Shown one piece after another: positions 1 to 9,513 of a stretch of DNA of 64,000 nucleotides. Numbering within the stretch: position 1 is the first letter of the stretch; each line of letters begins with the position of its first letter. The stretch is from Candidatus Omnitrophota bacterium (GTDB taxonomy: Bacteria > Omnitrophota > Gorgyraeia > Gygaellales > Profunditerraquicolaceae). A program made the translations under genes and the position numbers. Below the pieces are notes generated by a model that saw only the letters and a program-made list of their open reading frames with translations, was not told the origin of the DNA and did no database searches. Location of the stretch: NCBI GenBank assembly GCA_041650495.1, contig JBAZLB010000002.1:165960-229959 (forward strand), read 5' to 3'.

Positions 1-486
1 CTTAAGGTCCACGCTGCGCGGGATTACCCTGATACGCTCATGCGGCAGGTTAAAATCATCTATCATATGCCGGGCGATAACATTGCTTAATACGATCACC
101 CGCTTGCCCCAGGACATAGGATAGCTAAAAAAGTGCGGTTTGTAATAACCATGGCAGGTAGTTATGAATATCCGCCTCATCCTTCGCGCGGCGAAATAGG
201 CAATCCAGGCCGGCACGCGCGAACGCGCATGGACAATATCAATTTCTTCTCTTGTGATGATCTTGGCTAACTCAGGGATCATCCTTATTATGGAAAAAAG
301 GGACTTCTTGTGCACGGGCAATTTATAATGCGTAACGCCGAAAGACTCCAATTCCTTTACCAGTTCCCCGCCGTTAGAGACCACCACCGCCTTATGCCCT
401 TTATTGACTAAATACATGGCCAAATCAAGCGTCCCTGTTTCTACGCCGCCTACATTCAACTCCGGCACAACCTGCAAGATATTCAT
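1..486 (-). CDS. Glycosyltransferase family 4, N-terminal 162 aa; ATG at 486..484, 3' end lies beyond window start
   Basis: Reverse-complement translation MNILQVVPELNVGGVETGTLDLAMYLVNKGHKAVVVSNGGELVKELESFG... runs open to position 1. This is a Glyco_trans_4-like N-terminal Rossmann domain. Sits directly downstream of the lpxL-ELM1 gene. Confidence 0.6.
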   Translation of the reverse strand, partial: MNILQVVPELNVGGVETGTLDLAMYLVNKGHKAVVVSNGGELVKELESFGVTHYKLPVHKKSLFSIIRMIPELAKIITREEIDIVHARSRVPAWIAYFAARRMRRIFITTCHGYYKPHFFSYPMSWGKRVIVLSNVIARHMIDDFNLPHERIRVIPRSVDLK

Positions 487-487
487 C

Positions 488-2440
488 TTAAATCACCCTG
501 GCCAGCGCCTGACTTATCACATCCCTGTCTTTGACCGTATGTATTAAGGGACGGCGCAGGAGCAAATCATTGATGGCATTGTTTATTTCATCTGGATTAA
601 CCAAATAAATATACTGCTTATCGGAAAAATATTTCAGAAAAGCCTTATGCCTGGATGTCTGAGGCAAATCAAATACTACCACGTATTTTCCGCTTGAGGC
701 CGCCTCGGAAATCATGGAAATACTCTCAGGCGATACTACCAGTATATCGCTTAACCCCAGTATGCCGCCTACGGCAAAGGGGAAATTCTTTTCGCTTTGG
801 ATGACCATAAATTTACAATAGGGGCTCACCCCAAGCTCACCCCTAATTAAACCTTCTATCTCATGGCTGCTGCGGCGCGAAGTAGTAACCAGAATATCCG
901 CCTGCCACTTTTCTGCGGCTGATTTTACCTGCCGGATGACTTGCGCTACTGCCTTTTTTGACAGGCGGAAGTCTTTCGTATCCCCCCCGATCAACAGGCC
1001 CAGCCCAATCCTGCCTGTAGACTTCTTGAACCCGGCTGCCTCACCCATCTCTTCTGCCTGGGCAATGATGGATTTCTCATCTAAAACAGTAAGCGCCGCT
1101 TCAGTAACTGCTATATTACGCCTTTTAGGCGGCCTGTCATGATGAGGCATAATTACCAGGTCAAACCTGTTTAAAGAAAGAAGCTGGGGGCGCATAATGA
1201 CAATGGACTTAGAAAGGCTGTCCCTAGAAAGTATGAAATTTACTGCGGATAGCGAAGCGCCGCAGGATATGATGATATCCGGCCTTAAATTAATCAAGGA
1301 AAGGTAGGTTTCTTCCTCCAGTGCCCAACGCAGGCAAAAAAGGCACCCTTGACAGCAATATCTTCCGGAAAAACAACTGCCCAACTTAAAAATATGGCGC
1401 CGGAATTCATCCTTGAATCTTACCTGAAGAGTCTCTACCCTGACATCTATTCCCTTTGCCTTAAGTTGACTGCAGGCTAATTGCGCCACTGCCTCAGCCT
1501 GGCGCAGGTGCCCTGTCTTGCTGTCGCTTAGAATCAGGACCTTGCGGCGGGAAGAATATTTCCATACTTTATATGTCCAGAGGTATTCCTGGGGATACCT
1601 TGAAATATATTTTTCAAAAACCCCCACTGCCTGCCTCAAGTTTATGCGCACAGTTTCATCTATATCCCCTGCTGTCTGTATCTTAAGCGGCTCCTCAATA
1701 ATAGTGCGGATATACGGGCCTTTGCTGCGCACATAAAAGACCGGAATAAGCGCTGCGCCGTATTTTACTGCCAGCTTTATCGCACCCGAAGACATGGAGG
1801 CATCCTGCCCCAGGAAATCAACTAAAGTCCCCGCCCTGCCCCCCTGGTCTAAACTCATACCTACGGCCTGATTTTCTTTCAGGGCAGCGATAACCCCCTT
1901 TAGCTGATTGCCCCGCTCAATGATACGGCAGCCTTTCTGGCGGCGGTAAGAATTAAGCAACTCACCCAGGCGGGGATACCTCTGCTGGCGGACAAAAAGG
2001 CTGAAAGGAAAACCTAAGTACAGGGAGATCATATTGGACAACTCCCAGCTGCCGGCATGCACCCCCAGGAAGATTATGCCTTTGCCCCGGCTGAATCCTT
2101 CTTTGATATGCTCAACACCTTCAAAGGTGACATATTTACGCATATATTCTTTATCCATGCGCGGGATAAAAAAGATCTCCATAAGGTTCTGCCCGTATGC
2201 ACGGTAGAAATCCTTAACAATATGGTTTAACCGGCAAGGAGGCAGCTTCCCTAAGAAAGCGGTCTTTATATTTGCGTAAGCTATGGCCTTATGACGCAGG
2301 TCAAAATAATAAAATAACTCACCGCATCTTCTGCCTAAATAAAGGCTCACCTTAAAAGGCAGCGCCCTGATAAAAGGGCCCAATGCCCTAAGCAGTATAC
2401 ACGCCCAGTAATCTATTATAGAATCCTTGTTCATCTTCAT
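488..2440 (-). CDS. Lipid A biosynthesis lauroyl/myristoyl acyltransferase (LpxL/HtrB-like) fused to a C-terminal ELM1/GtrOC1-family domain
   Basis: N-terminal half matches lysophospholipid acyltransferase LpxL-type (..FLGVHAGSWE..). C-terminal ~330 aa resembles the ELM1/DUF1022 family. Start chosen at MKMNKDS (ORF extends to 2488), overlapping the lpxK stop. Confidence 0.65.
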   Translation of the reverse strand: MKMNKDSIIDYWACILLRALGPFIRALPFKVSLYLGRRCGELFYYFDLRHKAIAYANIKTAFLGKLPPCRLNHIVKDFYRAYGQNLMEIFFIPRMDKEYMRKYVTFEGVEHIKEGFSRGKGIIFLGVHAGSWELSNMISLYLGFPFSLFVRQQRYPRLGELLNSYRRQKGCRIIERGNQLKGVIAALKENQAVGMSLDQGGRAGTLVDFLGQDASMSSGAIKLAVKYGAALIPVFYVRSKGPYIRTIIEEPLKIQTAGDIDETVRINLRQAVGVFEKYISRYPQEYLWTYKVWKYSSRRKVLILSDSKTGHLRQAEAVAQLACSQLKAKGIDVRVETLQVRFKDEFRRHIFKLGSCFSGRYCCQGCLFCLRWALEEETYLSLINLRPDIIISCGASLSAVNFILSRDSLSKSIVIMRPQLLSLNRFDLVIMPHHDRPPKRRNIAVTEAALTVLDEKSIIAQAEEMGEAAGFKKSTGRIGLGLLIGGDTKDFRLSKKAVAQVIRQVKSAAEKWQADILVTTSRRSSHEIEGLIRGELGVSPYCKFMVIQSEKNFPFAVGGILGLSDILVVSPESISMISEAASSGKYVVVFDLPQTSRHKAFLKYFSDKQYIYLVNPDEINNAINDLLLRRPLIHTVKDRDVISQALARVI

Positions 2441-3455
2441 TGATTTTAACCTGAATACGCAAGGCAAGCACCTTAATATCTTCCTCATGAAAAATAAAGA
2501 GGTAAGGCAGAAATTTTGCCGCGTCCTTTTCCGTAGTAATAACCGTGTTTACCCCTGCCTTCTTGGCTTCTTCAATTATGCGGTTTATGTCCTGCGGTGA
2601 ATAATGGTGGTGGTCGTTGAATACAATATGGCTGGCTGTCTCCATGCCCAGGACACCGGCCATTTTCAGGAAAGAATCCGGCTGGGCTATCCCGGAGGCT
2701 AAGACTACCGCCTTATCCTTAAAGCCGCGGGTATCCAAAAAAAGGCCCTCCCTGCCTAATTCATAAAAATACACCGGGACATAGGAAGAGCTAAAGACAG
2801 CTGCCGCAGGATTAACCCTGTTTAAAGAATGCCTTATATTTACCACCGCCTCTTTTCCTGCCCAATTAGTTTTAGTCAATACGAATATATCCGCTCTCCT
2901 AAGGCTAAAGAACCGCTCGCGCATTATGCCCCTGGGGATAAGATGGAAATTCCCAAAAGGACAACAGGCATCTATAGTTAATATCTCAAGGTCCTTACTC
3001 ACCCCCCACTGCTGGAAACCGTCATCTAAGATCACCGTATCGGCAGAATAATCCCTTATTGCCTTTTGCGCCCCGCGGATCCTGTCTTTATCCACTATCA
3101 CCGGTATATCCGGGAGGATATCTAAAAGCATAGCCGGCTCATCCCCCTGGCCTGCCTTCATTTTATACCCACGGCTTAATATCGCTACCTTATGCCCGTT
3201 TTGAGTCAAGTATTCTGCGATTAAGGCTACCAGGGGGGTCTTACCTGTGCCGCCGAGAGTAATATTACCCACACTGATAACCTTGCAGGCCAGTTTAACA
3301 GGCCTTATCCCTTTTAAGAAAGATAAAACGCCGACCGTAATACCATAAAACAAAGAAAGCAGATAAAATAAAGGCTTCCAGGCAAAGGAAAGCCTTCCCC
3401 TATATTTATCCGTAGCCAGGCTATACATAAAATCCTTTACCTTCAACATAAACAT
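2388..3455 (-). CDS. lpxK: Tetraacyldisaccharide 4'-kinase
   Basis: P-loop GNITLGGTGKTP and LpxK-like length and order. Adjacent to waaA and lpxL. Confidence 0.85.
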   Translation of the reverse strand: MFMLKVKDFMYSLATDKYRGRLSFAWKPLFYLLSLFYGITVGVLSFLKGIRPVKLACKVISVGNITLGGTGKTPLVALIAEYLTQNGHKVAILSRGYKMKAGQGDEPAMLLDILPDIPVIVDKDRIRGAQKAIRDYSADTVILDDGFQQWGVSKDLEILTIDACCPFGNFHLIPRGIMRERFFSLRRADIFVLTKTNWAGKEAVVNIRHSLNRVNPAAAVFSSSYVPVYFYELGREGLFLDTRGFKDKAVVLASGIAQPDSFLKMAGVLGMETASHIVFNDHHHYSPQDINRIIEEAKKAGVNTVITTEKDAAKFLPYLFIFHEEDIKVLALRIQVKINEDEQGFYNRLLGVYTA

Positions 3456-3502
3456 ACCTTAATATGCAATAAATCACAGGCAACAGGAATAATCCCCGGA
3501 TA

Positions 3503-3958
3503 CTAAAGAAGGCTGTCTTTATCAAAAGGCAAGACCGCACCGGAGGCCTGGTCAATCTTACGGATTACTTTCTCTCTCGGTTTGATATTATTGTTAATAA
3601 AGCCCTTAAGCATCTGCCTGTCTTCTTCTTTCATTTCCAAAAAAGAGATACCGAAACGGAAGGTCTTCTCCTGCCAGGGTATAGCCCAACGCACCTTAGC
3701 CAGGGCCTCTATGGGCCCGTAAAAGATAACTTCTCCGGTATTGTTTATCCCGGTAAGGGATATCCATATACGAAGGAATGCGTTCTGCGGCAGGGAAATA
3801 CCGGCCTGGATACCCATGCCCCCTTCGCTGACATCGATAGCCGTTGCCTCTATCGGCTCTTGCTGGCTGTATGTCCCGTTCCTGTAATCAAGGTATTGCC
3901 TGAATTTAACCGTAGCATTAAGGGCAAGCCTTTGAAAACGACGGCTGTCTTTAAACAT
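3503..3958 (-). CDS. PilZ-domain c-di-GMP receptor protein
   Basis: RRFQR (RxxxR) and DVSEGGMG (DxSxxG) PilZ motifs. Start taken at MFKDS, 3 nt after the upstream gene's stop. Confidence 0.65.
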   Translation of the reverse strand: MFKDSRRFQRLALNATVKFRQYLDYRNGTYSQQEPIEATAIDVSEGGMGIQAGISLPQNAFLRIWISLTGINNTGEVIFYGPIEALAKVRWAIPWQEKTFRFGISFLEMKEEDRQMLKGFINNNIKPREKVIRKIDQASGAVLPFDKDSLL

Positions 3959-3960
3959 GC

Positions 3961-4233
3961 TTAAATCTTTCCCGTAAGAATCAATACGCCTATGATCACA
4001 AAAAGAAACGCACCCATATACCTGATCAACTCCGGCCTTATATACCTGCTTAAGGCTGAGCCGAGAAAAACCGAGATAGCGGTGATTACTATATAGGCGG
4101 ATACGGAACCCAGCCACACCAGCAAAGGCTTACCGGACTTAGCAGCCATGCCTATGCCGACTAACTGGGTCTTATCCGCAAGCTCTGCCATAAATACCGC
4201 CGTAAACGTAGCAAATAACAGCCTCCAATCCAT
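3961..4233 (-). CDS. UPF0016 (GDT1/TMEM165) family single-repeat membrane protein
   Basis: Hallmark E-x-G-D-K-T motif (ELADKTQL), three TM helices, ~90 aa. Confidence 0.6.
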   Translation of the reverse strand: MDWRLLFATFTAVFMAELADKTQLVGIGMAAKSGKPLLVWLGSVSAYIVITAISVFLGSALSRYIRPELIRYMGAFLFVIIGVLILTGKI

Positions 4234-4273
4234 CCTTCCTCCTTTATAAAATTACTCCCGGGGCAGGGGCTTT

Positions 4274-5263
4274 TTAAATATCCAGATGCTCCCTGCGCTT
4301 AGCGCTAATGCGGCTTTCTATGCCTTTATTCAACGACCTCCTGTCTATCATAAAATTACTGCCGGGCAGAGTTTTAAGGTACTTCTTTATTTCCGTGGTA
4401 ATATCGGTAAGGGCAATAAGGTTAGGGATATTGCCTGAAATGTTATTGGCTATGGCAACGGATAAACTCATCAAAGGGATATTCCCCACCCGGCCGCTCC
4501 TATCGGTGGTAAATATAAAACCCTTCCCCCTGTCTTCTTCGGAATAAAAATCTCCTGATATCTGGTCAAAATCCGCGATAACCTCTTTGGCAATAAGTTC
4601 CGTCTTATCGGGTGAAGTTATCACCACAAAATCGTCTCCGCCTATATGCCCCAAGAAATCATCTTCATTGCCATACTTCTTGATATTCTTGGATAATATG
4701 GCGGCGGTATGCGTAATGACCCTGTCCCCTTTAATATGGCCGTATTTGTCATTGTATGTCTTGAAGTTATCGATATCTACGTAATGGAAAGAGAAATTCT
4801 GCCTGCTATGGATCTTCTCGGTAAGCCTTCTTTCTATGAGCCTGTTACCCGGCAGCCGGGTGAGCGCATTGGCGTTGAACTGGTGCGCTGCGCTTCTTAA
4901 AGCCAGGACTATCCTTATCTCCAGGTCAATAGGGTCAGGCGGCTTTATCAGGTAGTCATCCACTCCCTGTTCTATGCTTAATAAATCGCGCCTCAGTTGT
5001 TTTTTATCAATAAGCACGATGGTGGGGGTATAGGAAGTGAGGAAATCTTTTTTTATTTCCTTACAGACCTCAAGCCCCTTCTTATTGCCCAGGGCAGCAT
5101 CGATAATGACCAGGCTGGGATTGTCTCCTTTTATATGGGAGATGACATCGTCATTTTCCTCCAGGACCGCCACATGATATTCCCAGGACTTAAGCAGGTA
5201 AATCAATATCTCCCGCAACTTCAAGTCCGGTACTGCCAGGGCTATTTTAATCTCCGGGCTCAT
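4274..5263 (-). CDS. Response-regulator receiver fused to a GGDEF-family diguanylate cyclase domain with noncanonical GGDDF
   Basis: REC-like N-terminus (VIIDAALGNKKG) without the usual acidic DD pair. GGDEF fold elements present (LTRLPGNR, VDIDNFKTYNDKYGHIKGD) but the signature reads HIGGDDFVV. Confidence 0.75.
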   Translation of the reverse strand: MSPEIKIALAVPDLKLREILIYLLKSWEYHVAVLEENDDVISHIKGDNPSLVIIDAALGNKKGLEVCKEIKKDFLTSYTPTIVLIDKKQLRRDLLSIEQGVDDYLIKPPDPIDLEIRIVLALRSAAHQFNANALTRLPGNRLIERRLTEKIHSRQNFSFHYVDIDNFKTYNDKYGHIKGDRVITHTAAILSKNIKKYGNEDDFLGHIGGDDFVVITSPDKTELIAKEVIADFDQISGDFYSEEDRGKGFIFTTDRSGRVGNIPLMSLSVAIANNISGNIPNLIALTDITTEIKKYLKTLPGSNFMIDRRSLNKGIESRISAKRREHLDI

Positions 5264-5306
5264 AATCTCTTCTCCCCTTTTAGACCAAACGCCAAAAATC
5301 TTCCTT

Positions 5307-6587
5307 TTATAACTCCTGTCCCAGGCAATCAGCCAAAAGCATCAGGTTAGCTGCGCTAGCGCCTTTATTTTGCATGATTAATTCGCTGGCGCGTCTGCCC
5401 ATGCGGCTCATCTGTGAACAATCGCACAATAAATCCGTAACGCCCGTTACTATGTCTTTTTCGTTATGCACTAAAAGCGCAGCCTTATTTTCCAGAAATA
5501 ATTCCGCAATATCACGGAAGTTAAAGGTAAAGGGCCCGGTCAATATGGGTTTTGCCCACATTGCCGGCTCCAGCATATTATGCCCGCCTTTCCTCGCAAG
5601 GCTGCCTCCGACAAAAACAATATCTGCCAGGCGGTAAAAAGAAAGGAGCTGGCCGATGGTATCCAGTATAAAAACAGCCTGGCGCTCATGCCTCCAGGGA
5701 TTAGTTAAATCCATAAGGCTTATGCACAACGGCCTGAACCCAAACCTCTCTGCCAGGGCCGCTACCTCCGCAGCCCGCCATGGATGCCTGGGGGCAATCA
5801 GAAGTTTTAAAGAAGGAAATTCTCTGGTCAGTTTTTTATAAGCGCTTAAGATAATCCTTTCTTCCGGGCGATGGGTTGAACCGGCGACAAACAAAGGCCC
5901 AGGTTCACCCTGCATAACTTTAAGGCCGCTATCCATATGCTCTTTTTTAGAATCGCTTATATCGCAGATATCAAATTTCATATTCCCCGTTACCTTTATT
6001 TTCTCAGGCAGCACGCCTAAGCGTATAAGCCTGCCGGCATCATTTTCAGACTGCAGACAAAAAAGGGTGACCTTATTCAGTATCGGCCTGAACAGGAATT
6101 TTAGCCAGAGATACCCCTTAAAAGAACCATCAGATACCCGGCCGTTTACCACTACTATGGGTATATGCTTATTATAAAGGCAGGTTATCAAATTCGGCCA
6201 AATCTCTGTCTCCGCAATTACTAATATCTTAGGCTGTATTTTCTTCAAGGCCGCCTTAACACAAAAACTGAAATCCAGAGGAAGATAAAAAAGAAAATCC
6301 CCCGGGGAAAGCGCCCCTGCGGCAACCTTATTCCCCGTGGGGGTAACCGTAGATAATGCTATCTGCCTGCCGGGATAAAGATGACGCAGTCCTTCTATCA
6401 AATGCCTGACCGCCATCGCCTCTCCCACGCTTACCGCATGCACCCAAAGAGGGCTGTTTAGATTAAGCCCCCCGGGGAATAAACCCAGGCGCATAAAAAA
6501 CCCGCGGTGGAATTTACCTTTAAAGAAGTAAACCGGCAAATAAAACAATGCCACCAGTAAAAATATTAAATCATATATTAACCACAT
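5307..6587 (-). CDS. waaA: 3-deoxy-D-manno-octulosonic acid (Kdo) transferase
   Basis: N-terminal TM anchor, WVHAVSVGE motif, GT30 length. Confidence 0.85.
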   Translation of the reverse strand: MWLIYDLIFLLVALFYLPVYFFKGKFHRGFFMRLGLFPGGLNLNSPLWVHAVSVGEAMAVRHLIEGLRHLYPGRQIALSTVTPTGNKVAAGALSPGDFLFYLPLDFSFCVKAALKKIQPKILVIAETEIWPNLITCLYNKHIPIVVVNGRVSDGSFKGYLWLKFLFRPILNKVTLFCLQSENDAGRLIRLGVLPEKIKVTGNMKFDICDISDSKKEHMDSGLKVMQGEPGPLFVAGSTHRPEERIILSAYKKLTREFPSLKLLIAPRHPWRAAEVAALAERFGFRPLCISLMDLTNPWRHERQAVFILDTIGQLLSFYRLADIVFVGGSLARKGGHNMLEPAMWAKPILTGPFTFNFRDIAELFLENKAALLVHNEKDIVTGVTDLLCDCSQMSRMGRRASELIMQNKGASAANLMLLADCLGQEL

Positions 6588-6645
6588 ATTTCACCTATCC
6601 GCCCATGGATTTTGCCTATGGGGTATTTTAAAATGTCCCCTGCCG

Positions 6646-7506
6646 CTATGCCCGCGGATGGGCTTTATCATAAACTTTTTTCAGCCTTTCCGTGGTAAGG
6701 TGGGTATAAATCTGAGTTGTGGAAAGATTTGCGTGTCCTAAAAGCTCCTGCACGCTCCTTAAATCCGCACCACGGTTTAAAAGATGCGTCGCAAAAGAAT
6801 GCCTCAAGGTATGACAGGATACGCCCCGTTTAATACTGGCTAGTTTTATATATTTACCGACGATATTCCTTATGCCGCGCGTAGTTATGCGCCTGCCGTT
6901 TTTATTCAAAAACAAGACGTCCGCTTCCTTTTTCCTTTTATCCAAATAGCCTCTTATGGCGGACATCGCGGTATCCCCTATAGGTACCAGGCGTTCCTTC
7001 TTGCCTTTCCCGCGCACCTTAGCCACCCCCCCGATAAAATCTATATCCTCTATATTCAAAGCGGACAATTCCGCCACCCGCATGCCCGTGCTGTAGAATG
7101 TCTCAAGCACCGCCTTATCGCGCAGGCCACGCTCATCTTGCGGCTTAGCTGCGTCTATAAGAAAACCTACTTCTGCCTCGGTAAGAAAAAGAGGCAGGTG
7201 TTTTTCCTGCTTTGGGCTGGCCAGGGTAGATGCGGGATTTGTCTTGAGGTAGCCCTCCCGGGTCAGGAAACGGAAGAATGACCTCAGGGCGGAAAGCTGA
7301 CGCGCCACCGTACGGTTAACCAGGTTCTTCCCCTTAAGCACAGCCAGGTACTTTCTTAATACCAGATAATCTATCTTTTCCAAGGGCATATCTCCGATGA
7401 ATTTCCGGAAACCTTCCAGGTCAAGCTTATAATTCAATGTGGTATGGCTGGAATAATTCTTTTCAATCTCAAGGTAACGCATGAATTTTTCCAGGTGGCG
7501 CTCCAT
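6646..7506 (-). CDS. Tyrosine site-specific recombinase XerC/XerD family
   Basis: Catalytic residues ..HTLRHSFATHLL..GHANLSTTQIYTH, N-terminal SAM-like core-binding domain. Start at MERHLEKF avoids overlap with topA. Confidence 0.8.
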   Translation of the reverse strand: MERHLEKFMRYLEIEKNYSSHTTLNYKLDLEGFRKFIGDMPLEKIDYLVLRKYLAVLKGKNLVNRTVARQLSALRSFFRFLTREGYLKTNPASTLASPKQEKHLPLFLTEAEVGFLIDAAKPQDERGLRDKAVLETFYSTGMRVAELSALNIEDIDFIGGVAKVRGKGKKERLVPIGDTAMSAIRGYLDKRKKEADVLFLNKNGRRITTRGIRNIVGKYIKLASIKRGVSCHTLRHSFATHLLNRGADLRSVQELLGHANLSTTQIYTHLTTERLKKVYDKAHPRA

Positions 7507-7511
7507 AGTAG

Positions 7512-9506
7512 CTATCCTTCCTGTTGGGGTAGTGTCCTGGCGGTAAAGGTGCACTGGGGATATTTTGTGCATCCAAAGAAAGCCCCTTTACGGGAATGCC
7601 GCTCGATAATCTCACCACTACATCCAGGCTGGGGACATTTGATGCCGGTAGTAATGGATTTGGCGTTCTTACATTCAGGGTAGCTTGAGCAACTTAAGAA
7701 TTTGCCTTTACGCCCCCATTTTATCACCATGGACTTGCCGCATTTATCGCAAATTTCCTTGGTCTCTACTACTTCTTTTTTTATGTTTTCCTGCGCGAAA
7801 TCAATACTGACCTTGAAAGGGCCGTAGAAATCTTCCAGGATCTTTATCCTGTCTACTGAGCCTTCCTCTACGCCGTCAAGCTCATCTTCCATTAAAGCCG
7901 TAAATTTGGCATCAATAACTTTAGGAAAATACTCAACCAGTAAATCGCATATCTTAAACCCCAACTCCGTAGGATACAGATAGCCCTTAAGCCTGCGCAC
8001 ATAATCGCGATAAAGCAAAGTAGAAATAGTAGGCGCGTAAGTAGAAGGCCTGCCTATGCCTTCTTCTTCCAGTATTTTCACCAGGGAGCTATCCGAGAAA
8101 TGCGCAGGCGGCTTGGTAAAATGCTGAGAAGGTATTAACTGATGCAATTTTAATATCTGGCCTTTTTCCAGTTTAGGCAAAGACCTGTCTTCCTTCTCTT
8201 CTTCCTCTCCTTCTTTTGTATCTTGAGGATCGTTCTTATGGTTATAAACAGCGCTGAACCCGGCAAATATAAGGGTAGCTCCGGATGCGGAAAAGATATA
8301 TTTGCCCGCTTCTATATTTACAGTAGTGGACTCGTATACTGCCGCAGACATCTGGCTGGCCAGAAAACGGTTATAGATAAGTTCATATAATTTATACTGC
8401 TCCGGGCTGAGGTAGCCCTTAATACTCTCAGGCGACTTAGAAACAAGGGTCGGCCTGATAGCTTCATGCGCAGCCTGGGCGTGTTTCTTTAATTTATAAA
8501 CATTGGGTTCTTTGGGCAGATAGTCCCTGCCGAATTTATCCGTAATAAATCCACGCACCTCTTTGATCGCCTCCGGCGCAACGTGTGTAGAATCCGTGCG
8601 CATATAAGTAATCAGGCCCGTAGGGACAGGCTCTTTGATATCCACGCCTTCATAAAGTTGCTGCGCGATAAGCATGGTGCGCGCGCCGTTAAATCTAAGC
8701 TTATTAAAAGCCTCCTGCTGCAAGGTGCTGGTAATAAAGGGCGCAGGCGCAAAGCGTTTCTTCTCTATATTCTTTATATCCGCGACCCTGAACTCCCCCT
8801 TCTTTAAGTCCTCGGTAATAACATCCGCCTGGTCTTTATTTTGTATCTGGGCCTTTTGGCCTTCTATCTTGTCTAATTTAGAGAGGAATAAATTAGTGGA
8901 CTGGACATCGCTTAACTTGGCATGGATCTCCCAGTATTCCTGGGGGATAAAGCTGGTAATCTGCCTCTCTCTTTCTATGATCAATCTTAAAGCCACAGAC
9001 TGCACCCTGCCTGCGCTCAAACCCCGGGCCACCTTCTTCCAGAGCAAAGGACTCAAGAAATACCCCACTATCCTATCCAATATCCTGCGCCCGGCCTGCG
9101 CTTCAATCATATTCAGGTCAAATTCGCGCGGCTTGGCAAAGGCCTCCTTTACGGCCGCAGGGGTAATCTCATGGAATACCACCCGCAATACTTTTTTATC
9201 CTGGAAGATCCGGTTTTTTATCTGCCAGCCTATAGCCTCTCCCTCCCGGTCAGGGTCGGTAGCTATATAGATGATATCCTTACCCTTAGCCTCTTTCTTA
9301 AGGGCGGAGAGCACTTTTCTGCGCGTAGATATTATTACGTAAGAAGGCTCGAAATTATTCTCTATACTTACGCCGAGTTTACTTTTTGGCAAATCAATGA
9401 TGTGGCCCATGGAAGGGATTACCGTAAAATTTTCCCCCAGTATCCGGCTGATTGTCTTTGCCTTAGTCGGTGATTCTACTATAACCAGATAATTTCCTGC
9501 TTTCAT
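7512..9506 (-). CDS. topA: DNA topoisomerase I
   Basis: Toprim N-terminus (YLVIVESPTKAKTI), active-site region, C-terminal C4 zinc ribbons (CDKCGKSM..CSSYPECK; CPQPGCSG..CTKYPQC). Confidence 0.85.
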   Translation of the reverse strand: MKAGNYLVIVESPTKAKTISRILGENFTVIPSMGHIIDLPKSKLGVSIENNFEPSYVIISTRRKVLSALKKEAKGKDIIYIATDPDREGEAIGWQIKNRIFQDKKVLRVVFHEITPAAVKEAFAKPREFDLNMIEAQAGRRILDRIVGYFLSPLLWKKVARGLSAGRVQSVALRLIIERERQITSFIPQEYWEIHAKLSDVQSTNLFLSKLDKIEGQKAQIQNKDQADVITEDLKKGEFRVADIKNIEKKRFAPAPFITSTLQQEAFNKLRFNGARTMLIAQQLYEGVDIKEPVPTGLITYMRTDSTHVAPEAIKEVRGFITDKFGRDYLPKEPNVYKLKKHAQAAHEAIRPTLVSKSPESIKGYLSPEQYKLYELIYNRFLASQMSAAVYESTTVNIEAGKYIFSASGATLIFAGFSAVYNHKNDPQDTKEGEEEEKEDRSLPKLEKGQILKLHQLIPSQHFTKPPAHFSDSSLVKILEEEGIGRPSTYAPTISTLLYRDYVRRLKGYLYPTELGFKICDLLVEYFPKVIDAKFTALMEDELDGVEEGSVDRIKILEDFYGPFKVSIDFAQENIKKEVVETKEICDKCGKSMVIKWGRKGKFLSCSSYPECKNAKSITTGIKCPQPGCSGEIIERHSRKGAFFGCTKYPQCTFTARTLPQQEG

Positions 9507-9513
9507 ATCCAGG

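Noticed and set aside
6646-7506. XerC/D-like recombinase as marker of an integrated mobile element
   Set aside because: Flanked by topA and waaA with no phage or IS genes or flanking repeats. Most likely the chromosomal dif recombinase.
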